Shown: one piece after another, positions 24,830-34,632 of the stretch
How the letters are laid out: every line of letters starts with the position of its first letter
Numbering within the stretch: position 1 is the first letter of the stretch
NCBI GenBank assembly: GCA_018401675.1
Contig: JAGYKM010000001.1
Location: forward strand, 105,695-169,694
Source: Alphaproteobacteria bacterium
GTDB taxonomy: Bacteria; Pseudomonadota; Alphaproteobacteria; 16-39-46
Reading direction: 5' to 3'
Length of the DNA stretch: 64,000 bases
Translations under genes and position numbers: made by a program
Notes under the pieces: generated by a model
Database searches by the model: none
What the model was told of the DNA's origin: nothing
The model's input: the letters and a program-made list of their open reading frames with translations, nothing else

Positions 24830-27202
24830 ATGCAAGCTGTGAATAAAATAGTAAAGATGCTCTTAAGTGTATGCGTGGTTTTCCTAATGGCATCGACCAT
24901 GGTCATGGGGATGCATCAAAGAGGCGGCATGACATTGGATGACGACAGAAGGCCCAGTGAGCATCTGTGTCCTATTACCCTTAACGTGATGAGAGACCCG
25001 GTTGTTGCCGCGGATGGACACTCCTATGAAAGAACTTCTATTGTGGAACAATTTAAACGTAGGGTCCAGAGTCCCATGACAGGCTTGCCCATAACCAGGC
25101 ACCTTTTTGATAATAATGCCCTACGAACAATGATTAGAGAATGGCAAGCGGGTAGGCAAAGTGAGCCTTGTGAGCTAGACACACGAGAGGCAAGCAGCAT
25201 AGCTCAACGGGTCAAAGATGAGTTTGAAAGACATGCGTATCTTTTAACCTCAGAGAAAGGTGCTTTAGGGCAGCATATTGTTGCTTTTTTAGGCAATACG
25301 GGAGCAGGCAAGAGTACCTTAATCAATTTTCTGGCTGGAAAAGCACTTAAGGTAGGTGACTATGGGGAGGATTACGTCTTAAGAGATAGTGGGGACACAA
25401 CAGCCATGATCATTGGACAAGGAGGAAGATCAGAAACCCTTTATCCAAAGTCTATTGATGTGGGAGAACTGCGATTTTTTGATCTTCCGGGGTTTAATGA
25501 CACCGATGGATCAGAGCGGAACTTAGTCAATGCAGCCTTTATTAGGAAGATTCTTTTGGATGCAGAATCGGTACGTTTTGTTTTTGTTGCGGGACAAGAT
25601 CAGTTTACGTCGGATCGGAGTGCTTCTATAAGAAAGATGTTTCAGTCCATTAATCGTCTATTTGTGGGAGAAGAAGAGATCAATTTTACGGATAATGGAA
25701 TATTTGTTGCGACAAAAGTGACTTGTGCTGCGGATAGGGACATAATCCCCTTTTTGTTAAGAAAAACAGATTCTTCTGACAAAGAAGAGCTGCAAGAGCA
25801 GTTGGATGCTTGGTCGAATAACGACAAAATAGGTCGTATGTTTCATCCTTTGCTTGGCGCATCCAATGAAGCCATGGGCGATGAGATCCTAAGACGCATC
25901 CGAAACGTGAGACCAGTGAAGGTTCGAGGCGTTAATGTAAGTGCTCTGTATCCACCCGAAACAAAAACAGCTTTAGAAAGAATGTTTTCGAGTATGATGG
26001 AAGGCGCGTTAGAACAGAAGAGAGCAGCCCCTTTAGAAACACTCAGTCAGTACAACGAAGCCATAAGAGAATACAGAGACGAAAGATTTTGGGAACTGTT
26101 GGATGCTGATCTTTGCGTGAAGGAGCAGGCTATGAGATTGCTGAAAGAGTTTTGCATTACGCCTTACACTAAAGCCCTTAAAGATTTTGAAAAAAACGAG
26201 GCAATAAGGCATCAAGCGCACATTCAGAATCTGGAAGAGAAGAAGCAAGCTCGGGTGAGCGATATTGAGGATAGAACGGAAGAGAGAGCCAAGAGGGTTA
26301 TTGCTTCCATATTTCCAAGACCACAAGGAGAAGATGTTGTGCCTTTTGATTTTGCCTATCACAAAGACTACTACGAAGGGGTATGTGGATCAGTATCAAT
26401 CACCCAGCTGGCTACTGATGCCACGGAACAAGAGCTCGTGAGACAGCATTATGCCGGTGTCATCAGTCGTCATAGTCACGACCAGATGATGCGTTGGCAG
26501 GAAAGATTTAGTGGGGTTGCGGAGCTATTCAGGGAAGTTGCCCAAATGAAAAAGGAATTAGAAGCCTTGCGTGGAGAAAAGGCTGAAGGTGCCACGCTTG
26601 TGGCGCAACCTGAGAGGGTATCGATCCCAGAAGTTGCTTTGGGACACGAAGCGGTTTACGAAAGATTTTTAAAAGGAGTCTTGGTTTATCGCCCAAACCC
26701 AAACAGCGATGAGGGAAAAATAGAGCTCCCTATTGCCGCGTTAGAAAATCCCCTTGAGGGCACCTTTGATTTATCTAACTGTGGTGATGCGGGACAGTAC
26801 TTAAGTATAGCGACAGGGTATCGCAAGTATGTTAATGCTGAAAATGCCAAGAAGGTTGAAATCTGGATCGCACCGAGATTTTTGATAGAAAAGGACATAA
26901 GAGGACCGGCCCGACATCTAGCACCTATCATGGGGGCGTGGGATAAGACTACCGTCCCGGTTGGCCTTTTCTTCAATTGGGGAGGATGGAATGAAATGGA
27001 TTCTTTTGATTATGCCGTCACCCACACGCGCAAGAAGCTATGTAGCATGCATATGCACAGCGTGTATGCATCAGCTTCCGGCGCAGGATTAAACGGGCAT
27101 AAGCCACAAAACAGTTACATCTGTATGGCAAAAGAGTCGAGGTGCCCGGTATGCGTCGTGGCGGAGGTTGGTCATCCAGATCATTTCATGTTTCGTTTAT
27201 GA
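24830..27202 (+). CDS. Chimeric U-box (E3 ubiquitin-ligase fold) + P-loop GTPase (AIG1/GIMAP-/MMR_HSR1-like) protein with a coiled-coil and unknown C-terminal domain; candidate secreted effector
   Basis: U-box: 'CPITLNVMRDPVVAADGHSYERTSIVEQF...LPITRHLFDNNALRTMIREW' aligns motif-for-motif with eukaryotic U-boxes (CPISLELMRDPV..GQTYER.SI..W...P.T...L.PN..LR.LI..W). GTPase: G1 'GNTGAGKST', G3 'DLPGFND'. The N-terminus is hydrophobic. Confidence 0.8.
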   Translation: MQAVNKIVKMLLSVCVVFLMASTMVMGMHQRGGMTLDDDRRPSEHLCPITLNVMRDPVVAADGHSYERTSIVEQFKRRVQSPMTGLPITRHLFDNNALRTMIREWQAGRQSEPCELDTREASSIAQRVKDEFERHAYLLTSEKGALGQHIVAFLGNTGAGKSTLINFLAGKALKVGDYGEDYVLRDSGDTTAMIIGQGGRSETLYPKSIDVGELRFFDLPGFNDTDGSERNLVNAAFIRKILLDAESVRFVFVAGQDQFTSDRSASIRKMFQSINRLFVGEEEINFTDNGIFVATKVTCAADRDIIPFLLRKTDSSDKEELQEQLDAWSNNDKIGRMFHPLLGASNEAMGDEILRRIRNVRPVKVRGVNVSALYPPETKTALERMFSSMMEGALEQKRAAPLETLSQYNEAIREYRDERFWELLDADLCVKEQAMRLLKEFCITPYTKALKDFEKNEAIRHQAHIQNLEEKKQARVSDIEDRTEERAKRVIASIFPRPQGEDVVPFDFAYHKDYYEGVCGSVSITQLATDATEQELVRQHYAGVISRHSHDQMMRWQERFSGVAELFREVAQMKKELEALRGEKAEGATLVAQPERVSIPEVALGHEAVYERFLKGVLVYRPNPNSDEGKIELPIAALENPLEGTFDLSNCGDAGQYLSIATGYRKYVNAENAKKVEIWIAPRFLIEKDIRGPARHLAPIMGAWDKTTVPVGLFFNWGGWNEMDSFDYAVTHTRKKLCSMHMHSVYASASGAGLNGHKPQNSYICMAKESRCPVCVVAEVGHPDHFMFRL

Positions 27203-27215
27203 ACTAAAAAAATGA

Positions 27216-28152
27216 TTAAACAAGTGACCCAGCAGCCACGCATGGACCCAGACTCCAACATGAAAAGAGACTGGGCAGAGACGTTTGCACACAAGATGCA
27301 AACGTCTCGATCGATGATAATCCTAATTTCAGCCAGCGTGTCCATTGATCGATGTACCGACGCAACCGCTTTGTTTTATCAAGGTCAGAAGAAGCCTGTG
27401 CGCGCAACGATAGGAGAAGGTTTTTAAAATAGTCATCACAAGGAGGGGCTTCGTTCACTTGATATAAAGATATATCCCGTGTTTCTGCTTTTTTTTGATA
27501 GCGACGGGAATTGGTCTTCCTGGGCGGGCGCTCATAAAGCGCGCTGGCACGTTCGTGAAAACGCCTGATAGTTTCTTTGGCAAGGAGTATTTTTTTGTGC
27601 TCAAAGTAATAAGCTAAAAAGGTAAAGCCTTGGCTTATTTTTCCAATGTAAGTTTTTGAGGAGTGAAGGTGTAGTTTTAGTTCTGCAATAATCTTATGGG
27701 TACGTCTAACAACCTTACGCAAAGCGGTTTTACTTTTGGCAAAAACCACCCAATCATCCATAAAACGGGAATAAAAAACCATCTTGAATTGTCCCCATGG
27801 CTTGATCAAGAGGCATTAAGTCGATAGCACCAAGCAAGGGAGATCAAGGACTCCCCATAGGAATGCCTTTTTCAAGATAGTCATAGAAAATGCCGCCATA
27901 GGTTTTCGTACGATGGCATGCTTTGCTAATAAGGCTTAAAAGAGCAGGATTCTTAATGTAAGATTCAAGAATGCCCATTAAAACGTCAAAGTTAATGGAG
28001 TCATAGTACCCTTTAATATCACTCCGCATCACGTAATGATAATTAGGTAAAGCCCTATGAGTATCGTGATTACACATTATGGCCTTTGATATGATAACAG
28101 GATTATGGAATATGGTGGCCCATTTGAGATTCAATGGCTTGGGTGATGAGCT
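27216..28152 (-). pseudogene. Degenerate reverse transcriptase (group II intron / retron-like RT), 5'-truncated and frameshifted; retroelement remnant
   Basis: Two out-of-frame ORFs carry RT motif 3 'SDIKGYYDSINFDVLM', motif 4 'GIPMGSP', motif 5 'RFMDDWVVF' (YADD-type) and motif 6/7 'LHLHSSKTYI...GFTFLAY'. The N-terminal motifs 0-2 are absent or degenerate, and no intron domain V was found. Confidence 0.6.
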
Positions 28153-28765
28153 TTAAGGTAATCATATCTTATGAAGCCCAAAGAGAGATAATAGCGTCTT
28201 CTAACACGTAGAGATTAAGAGCGCTAAATTGATACGTTCCCTCATTGAGTTAGCTGAGCATGATGGGTTTGATTTCATTCCAGCCGTGGCGAAGATGCCA
28301 AATATCCGAATTGGGGCCGTGTTTTTTACGAAGAGATACAATCCACAGGTAAGCACGATCCATAGCATCTAGGGTATGTAATAAGGGTTATTTGACAAGG
28401 TGTTATTAATCTCCCTATAAGAGCAGTTAATGGGCATATTAGACAAAGTAATCTCGGTCCGAGGAAATAATCTATGTCAGAATGCATTTGTTTGAAGGCA
28501 AAAGTGAATATATGGATGAAAAAAGAGCAGAACATCCAAGAGGTTGTCTTGCGATCCCAATAAGGTTTAAACTTTGTCGGGTGGTAAGGTGGCTTATAGG
28601 AGAAAGCCCCAAGGGGCTTGGTTTGTTAAGTGTCAGGCTAAAGAACCAAGGCCAAAAAGGCTTTTTTGAGACTAGAAAGTCTGATAATGTTAAAAAGAAT
28701 AAGAATTCCTTGAAAACTCAGGGGGGGTAAGAACCATAATAAACAGTGAGAACGGGAGACTGAAA

Positions 28766-29506
28766 ATGAGAATTTTGTCTTTAAATAAAAGCGTATCGAT
28801 GAGCATCCTAGGGGCCTTAATTCTGGGGGGTGCCTTGACAACACCACTTTTTGCAAAAGAGTATACTCTAAAAAACTCCCAAGTGGTGAGCCAAGGCCCG
28901 GTCTCTAAGTATTTTCCTCATTTTACGGCAAACACGGCAGCCTCCACGCCTTTGAAACAAGTCGAGGAGTGGGCAAGCGCTTACGAAGCTTTTTACCGGA
29001 AAAATAAAGGAAAAGTAGCGCCAGGGGGGCACTGTGTATCTCTTGGTACCTACGATAATAAGACTGGTGATGTATTTCAAAGTACTGTGTATATCAAGGA
29101 GATTACAAAAGAGGGGGTTGTTTTCGAGTCTCGTCCTAACACTCAAAAGGTACGCAATGCAACGGCTCATCCCAAAGCCAGTATGCTTTTTCTAGTAGCC
29201 TATCCTGATCGGGCAGAGCAAGTTGAATTCAGAGGTGTGGTGGAGCCCGTAGAAGATACTAACACAGATGCTCGATCTGATAGAAAAAATATGTGGAAGC
29301 GTTATATTCTTAAGCCAAGAATGGCAACTGTGGCATTGGTTAAATTCTATGATCTAGGGACTGAGGGCAGCATTCTTCCTATTGTGGACAGGGTGTCTTT
29401 TGCCTTGGGAAAAGATGGAAAGTGGGCTAAGAAAAGTCAACCTCCGTATTATGGTGGAAATGATCTTTTGGAAAAGATAGAAAAAGAGCACGATCCTAGA
29501 GGCTAG
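28766..29506 (+). CDS. Secreted PNPOx-like (pyridoxamine-5'-phosphate-oxidase/general-stress-protein-26-like) FMN-binding split-barrel protein
   Basis: Signal peptide 'MRILSLNKSVSMSILGALILGGALTTPLFA'. The core 'ATAHPKASMLFLVAYPDRAEQVEFRGVVEPVED...KNMWKRY' resembles the PNPOx-like fold. Confidence 0.4.
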   Translation: MRILSLNKSVSMSILGALILGGALTTPLFAKEYTLKNSQVVSQGPVSKYFPHFTANTAASTPLKQVEEWASAYEAFYRKNKGKVAPGGHCVSLGTYDNKTGDVFQSTVYIKEITKEGVVFESRPNTQKVRNATAHPKASMLFLVAYPDRAEQVEFRGVVEPVEDTNTDARSDRKNMWKRYILKPRMATVALVKFYDLGTEGSILPIVDRVSFALGKDGKWAKKSQPPYYGGNDLLEKIEKEHDPRG

Positions 29507-29875
29507 GCTACCGAAGAGTATAACTCAAGCGAGGATAGACCTCCGCCTTCAAGAAGGTGGAGGTCGCCAGATATTAGCTGTTCCATTAGATGACCATTTA
29601 TTGATTTTTGTGCTTGTCAAAAACGAGATAGGAGATGTTGCCTAGTATATTGATGGATTGAGAGATCCTTGCTTATTTCAAGATATTTATTGATGAACTT
29701 AAGGAAATTTTCAAAGAAAGTACCGAGTGGCGATTGTGAGTTTCCTTTTTTCCAGTTTCTTGAAAAGAGAATTGCTTCGTAAGATACACTGCCGTATAAA
29801 GAAAGGAACTCGATTAAGCAAGCGCGTTCTTAATGGTATCTTCAGTGGAATCTTTAATAGAAAAGGGTAACGTCA

Positions 29876-31072
29876 ATGTCCGATTTAACAAGAAAACCTC
29901 CAAAAGGGGGAAAGATTTTGTTGGCTGAAGGACCTTGGGGAAAGGATCCACAACGTGGATCTAAGCCAGAGTCTAAGGGGCAAGAAGGAAATGATCCTTG
30001 GGGCTCTCAAGCCGATGGTCTGAAAGATATTGTATCGGGGGCAAAGGAATTTTTTGATAAGTTTTTTAAAGATACCTCTTCCCATCGGAAAAAAAGCAGC
30101 CCCCCTATAAAGGGCTTTAGTCCAAAAGGAATTATTCTTTTAGTCGGAGTTGTATTGCTTGCCCTATGGCTAGGCCAAGGGTTTTACCGAGTGCAGCCTG
30201 ACCAAAAAGGGGTGGTATTGAGATTTGGAAAATGGGTTCGTACCGATTTACCAGGTTTGAATTATCACCTGCCGTTTCCCATAGAAACAGTTTTTTTACC
30301 CAGCGTAACCCGCGTCAATCGAGTGGATATAGGGTTTCGTCCTGGATCCGGTGATGTGAAGCAGATCCCTGAAGAAAGTCTCATGTTGACGGGAGATGAA
30401 AACATAGTCGACATTAACTTTACTGTCTTTTGGCTTATTAAGGATTCTGGGGCTTTCTTATTTAATATAAGATCTCCAGAAGCTACAGTAAAAGCCGCAG
30501 CGGAGAGTGCTATGCGGGAAGTTGTCAGCCATACGCCTATTGCTCAAGCTTTGGCGGAAGGCCGTAAAGTAATTGAAGATGATGTAAGAACACTTCTTCA
30601 AGCCCATCTTAATCAATATGGTTCAGGGATAGAAATAACCGAAGTGCAGCTTCAAAGAGTTGATCCACCAAGTGAGGTCATTGAGTCCTACAGAGATGTT
30701 CAAAGAGCCCGCACGGACTTTAGCCGCCTTAAGAATGATTCGGAAGCTTATCGAAATAAGATTATTCCAGAAGCTCGTGGAGATGCTGAGCGTATTTTAC
30801 AAGAGGCAGAAGGCTACAAAAAAAGTGTGGTAGCTCATGCAGAGGGAGAAGCAAGCCGCTTGAATTCAATTCTAGCTGGGTACGCTACAGCGCCTCAAGT
30901 GACTCAAAAGAGGCTTTACATTGAAGCTATGGAGTCTGTGTTAAAAGGGGCAAAAAAGGTGATTTTGGATAAGTCTGGATCTGGTGTAGTCCCTTATCTT
31001 CCTTTAGACGCTTTAGCGCCCAAATCTTCTGTGGAAGAGAATCCGCAATCTGAAGAAGGAGACGTTTCATGA
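29876..31072 (+). CDS. hflK: Protease modulator HflK (SPFH/band 7)
   Basis: 398 aa with an N-terminal TM and an SPFH domain ('NYHLPFPIETVFLPSVTRVNRVDIG...'). It overlaps hflC (ATGA). Confidence 0.85.
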   Translation: MSDLTRKPPKGGKILLAEGPWGKDPQRGSKPESKGQEGNDPWGSQADGLKDIVSGAKEFFDKFFKDTSSHRKKSSPPIKGFSPKGIILLVGVVLLALWLGQGFYRVQPDQKGVVLRFGKWVRTDLPGLNYHLPFPIETVFLPSVTRVNRVDIGFRPGSGDVKQIPEESLMLTGDENIVDINFTVFWLIKDSGAFLFNIRSPEATVKAAAESAMREVVSHTPIAQALAEGRKVIEDDVRTLLQAHLNQYGSGIEITEVQLQRVDPPSEVIESYRDVQRARTDFSRLKNDSEAYRNKIIPEARGDAERILQEAEGYKKSVVAHAEGEASRLNSILAGYATAPQVTQKRLYIEAMESVLKGAKKVILDKSGSGVVPYLPLDALAPKSSVEENPQSEEGDVS

Positions 31073-31944
31073 TGAACCATTTGTGGGCCCGATTTAAGGG
31101 ACTTATCCTGGTGACGGCAGGCGTTTTGGCAATTTTGGTTTGGGCGTCAGCTTTTATAGTTACTCAATCTGAAATCGCTCTGTTACTGCAAATGGGCCGG
31201 CCTATAAAAGCTGTGGATACGCCAGGCTTGTTTTTTAAAGTGCCTTTTATTCAAAACGTGATTACTTATGATAAAAGATTGATTGATGTGGATCTCCCAT
31301 CAGCTGAGATTATTTCTTCTGATCAAAAGCGATTGGTGGTGGATTCATATGTGCTTTATAAAATTACCAATCCACTCCAATTTTATGAGACTCTGGGTAC
31401 AGAAGAAGTGGCGAGAACCAGGCTCCAAACTCTGGCTGGAGCTAGTTTGAGGCGGGTATTAGGAAACAATCCCCTGGCCAACTTACTTTCGCAAGATCGG
31501 AAGCATATTATGGCGCAGATTCAAGAAGGTGTATGGAAAGCCGCGCAGCCTTTCGGTATTGATGTTGTTGATGTGAGAATCAGGCATGCGGATCTTCCTA
31601 AGGCGAACAGTGAAGCTATTTATCTTCGGATGGAAAGTGAACGCAAGAGAGAAGCTAAGGAGTTTCGGGCTCAAGGAGAAGAAGAAGCACGGAAAATACG
31701 CTCTCATGCGGATAAGGAGCGCATTATTTTGCTTGCCAATGCGGATAAGCAATCTCAAAAACTAAGAGGCGAAGGTGAGTCTGAAGCCATTACACTTTTG
31801 GGTCGTATTTTTTCCAAAGATCCTAAATTCTTTGAATTTTATCGATCCTTAGAAGCCTATAAAAATGCCCTAACCCCGTCAACCACCACCTTGGTGTTAG
31901 AGCCTTCGGGAGACTTTTTTAAATTCTTCAAACGAGGTGCCTAA
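31069..31944 (+). CDS. hflC: Protease modulator HflC (SPFH/band 7)
   Basis: 291 aa with a TM plus SPFH domain, paired with hflK. Confidence 0.85.
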   Translation: MMNHLWARFKGLILVTAGVLAILVWASAFIVTQSEIALLLQMGRPIKAVDTPGLFFKVPFIQNVITYDKRLIDVDLPSAEIISSDQKRLVVDSYVLYKITNPLQFYETLGTEEVARTRLQTLAGASLRRVLGNNPLANLLSQDRKHIMAQIQEGVWKAAQPFGIDVVDVRIRHADLPKANSEAIYLRMESERKREAKEFRAQGEEEARKIRSHADKERIILLANADKQSQKLRGEGESEAITLLGRIFSKDPKFFEFYRSLEAYKNALTPSTTTLVLEPSGDFFKFFKRGA

Positions 31945-32017
31945 GACAAAGTCATCCAAAAAGAGTATTCAAATGAGGGGTATTCTTCAAAGAGTCTAAT
32001 ATCAAGGAAGACATATA

Positions 32018-33609
32018 ATGCAGGGAGTTGCCAAGAAAATAACCCACGAGGGGGGGCGATGGGGAGATAAAATTTGGTTTTTCTCCGGTGCTTCTTGCCC
32101 TTGTTATTATAGGAATATTGGGAAAAACGGCCTCTGAAAAGAACCCGAGAAATGTTCTTGCCGGCATAGTTTTGCAGATGTTGCTCAACAAATACTTCCC
32201 ACTGTGGTTGATGTTTCAGGAACGAGCGCCCCAAGTGAATCGGGGTCGGATGGTGGCTCTTTGGGAGGCGCGCCTCATGGGGATCCCCGGCTTGCTCCAA
32301 GTGGCGGGCATCGCCGCTCCTTGGGAGGCTTTGTAGTAGACCCTTCAGGATATATTTTGACCAACGGACATGTCATTTACGAAATAGAGGCAGTGACCGT
32401 ATCCTTATCTGATGGATCGGTATACCCAGCGGAAGTTATTGGAAAAGATGAACGCACTGACCTGGCTCTTTTGAAATAAAAACGCCTATGAAATTGCCTT
32501 CATTGTCCTGGGGCGACTCCCACCAAGCGCGTGTAGGAGACTGGGTATTAGTGGCAGGAAGTCCTTTTGGATTTGGACGGTCGATTTCTGCAGGTATTAT
32601 TTCAGCTCGAGCTCGTGATATTTCTAAGATGTCGGGAGAGGGAGGACCAGAGGGTTTATTTGTGGGTTATGTGGATGATTTGATTCAAACGGATGCGGCT
32701 ATTAATCTGGGCAACTCAGGAGGGCCCATGGTGGATGTCCAAGGAAATGTGATCGGCGTTAATGTGGCTATTTATTCACCATCGGGGGGAAGTGTAGGTA
32801 TTGGTTTTGCGGTTCCGGCTTGTGTAGCTCAACGGGTGTATGAAGCTTTACGCGCAAAGGGCCATGTGTCTTATGGGTGGATAGGCGTGAGAGTGCAAGA
32901 GGTGGACGATTTTATAGCGACTTCATTGAGGTCACAAGAATACTATAAAAAGGGCGTCAAAGGCGCTTTGGTGAGTGGTATAGACCCGGAAGGATCAGCA
33001 GCAAAAGCTGGTCTGGAGCTTTCGGATATTATTCTTTCATTTGGGGGGCACCCCATAGAATCCTACGATCGTCTCACGCGCATTGTGGGTGAAACGAGTC
33101 CTGGAAAATCCGTTTCAGTTCGTTTTTTACGTGATGGAAAGGTTCTTGATAGAAAAGTAAGGGTGGAGGCATGGTCTTTAGATAAAGGTACTCAAAAAAA
33201 CCTTCCATCTCATGTAGAGCCCTCTTTTCTTCCCTATTCTGCCGATATGCCTGGTTTATTTAGAATGGATCTTTTAGGGATATCTTTGCTCCCATTAACT
33301 GCTTCAATGAGTGGAGCTTTGTACCTACTTGAGGGGACAAAAGGACTGTACGTGGTCCAAAGCAATGGAACAGGTGAGACAGTCTCTATGACGATGGGGG
33401 GTATAAGGGCTGGAGATGTAATTGTGGAGGTTAATAATGAACCAGTGGGGTCTCCTCAGCGCCTGAATGATCTTTTGGCTGCGTGGCAGAAGGAAAATAA
33501 GAGGACGCTTTTGCTAAAAATTTGGCGGCAAGGTCAAGTTCATTACATCGGGGTAGCTTTGCCTTCAGAAAAAAAAGATCATGAAATGAGTTCTAATCTT
33601 TCTTCCTAA
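32018..33609 (+). pseudogene. htrA: Periplasmic serine endoprotease HtrA/DegP (trypsin + 2 PDZ), interrupted by 2-3 single-nucleotide frameshifts (genuine pseudogene or homopolymer sequencing errors)
   Basis: The pieces are in three frames: a signal region 'LLALVIIGILG', 'SFADVAQQILPTVVDVSGT...YILTNGHVI...DERTDLALLK' (catalytic His), then 'GDSHQARVGDWVLVAGSPFGFGRSISAGIISA' (catalytic Ser) plus PDZ domains. The breaks are at the G7 run 32050-56, at ~32135-32170, and at the A-run 32477-32482. Confidence 0.75.
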
Positions 33610-33639
33610 TCACATGGCAATAGTCTAAGGATTTTTGAG

Positions 33640-34632
33640 GTGACCTCAACCCACTCTCCTATTCTTGTTGAAAAAAATCAGGACAAGGCGTTGCCAGTGG
33701 TAATTCTCGCGGGAGCAACAGCCAGCGGAAAATCTGCCTTGGCTTTAGAGATTGCCCAAGCGGTTGGAGCTGTTATTATCAATGCGGATAGTATTCAAGT
33801 TTATAAACAGTTGCCCACACTCACTGCTTTTCCGTCCCAGGAGGAGTGTCTAAAGGTTCCCCATCTGCTTTATGGACAGCTTTCTTTAGAAGTGAAAGCG
33901 ACAGCTGTGTGGTGGCGTGACCAGGTAATGACCTTATTAGGTCGTTGTTACGAAGAAAGACAAGTTCCCATAATAGTAGGCGGCACTGGTTTTTATATCC
34001 GTACATTGCTTCACGGGATAAGCCAGATTCCCTCTGTGGATCCTGTTGTTTTTGACCAAGGGCGCAACAGGTTAGCTTCTGAAGGATCCCAGGATCTCTG
34101 GAGAGCTCTTAAGGAAGTTGATCCCATAAGTGCTTCAAGAATTGAGCCCATGGATTCCCACAGAGTCTTACGGGCTTGGACGGTATGGTGTTCCAGTGGC
34201 CAACCTCTGTCTTCGTGGCAGACTCAAGCCACCGGGGGCATGAATTCAGATCCCCGATTTGAAGGGATTAACGTTTTTTTGAACCCTTCTAGGCCTCTCT
34301 TAAAAGACCGAATCACACAAAGATTAGAACAGATGGAGATGAGGGGTGTAAAAGAGGAAGTGGATCACTTTCTTAATGTCCATCAAGGCGTGATAACACC
34401 GCTCCATAAGGCCGTTGGTGTGGAGGAAATAGGCGGTTTTTTAAGGAAAAAATGGAGCTATGAAGAAGCAAAAGTTCGGATGAATTATAAAACTTGCCAA
34501 TTAGCAAAGAGGCAAGTGACTTGGTTTAAGCATCAATATGATCACTCCATATTATTGTCGGAGCCTGATTATGAAAAAAGCCGCCATCATCTTTCTCCTT
34601 TGCTCCGTCAACTTAAGAAAGTGAGTCGATGA
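33640..34632 (+). CDS. miaA: tRNA dimethylallyltransferase MiaA
   Basis: P-loop 'GATASGKSALALEIA' plus the MiaA core; hflKC-htrA-miaA synteny. Confidence 0.85.
   Translation: MTSTHSPILVEKNQDKALPVVILAGATASGKSALALEIAQAVGAVIINADSIQVYKQLPTLTAFPSQEECLKVPHLLYGQLSLEVKATAVWWRDQVMTLLGRCYEERQVPIIVGGTGFYIRTLLHGISQIPSVDPVVFDQGRNRLASEGSQDLWRALKEVDPISASRIEPMDSHRVLRAWTVWCSSGQPLSSWQTQATGGMNSDPRFEGINVFLNPSRPLLKDRITQRLEQMEMRGVKEEVDHFLNVHQGVITPLHKAVGVEEIGGFLRKKWSYEEAKVRMNYKTCQLAKRQVTWFKHQYDHSILLSEPDYEKSRHHLSPLLRQLKKVSR

Noticed and set aside
27212-27427. 71-aa plus-strand ORF right after the U-box gene
   Set aside because: It is antisense to the RT remnant and has no features of its own.
26900-28700. Diversity-generating retroelement (DGR) hypothesis: RT adjacent to the 3' end of the effector gene
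   Set aside because: I could not find a template/variable repeat pair between the effector 3' end (26950-27200) and the RT flanks. The RT is convergent, truncated and frameshifted.
27000-28700. Intact group II intron
   Set aside because: No domain V-like hairpin (gagccgtatgcg...cgcacgtacggttc type) is present on the RT strand downstream of the RT ORF. RT motifs 0-2 are missing. This is a remnant at most.
31941-32300. 119-aa minus-strand ORF between hflC and htrA
   Set aside because: It overlaps the frameshifted N-terminal region of htrA on the opposite strand and has no motif support. The locus is explained by htrA.
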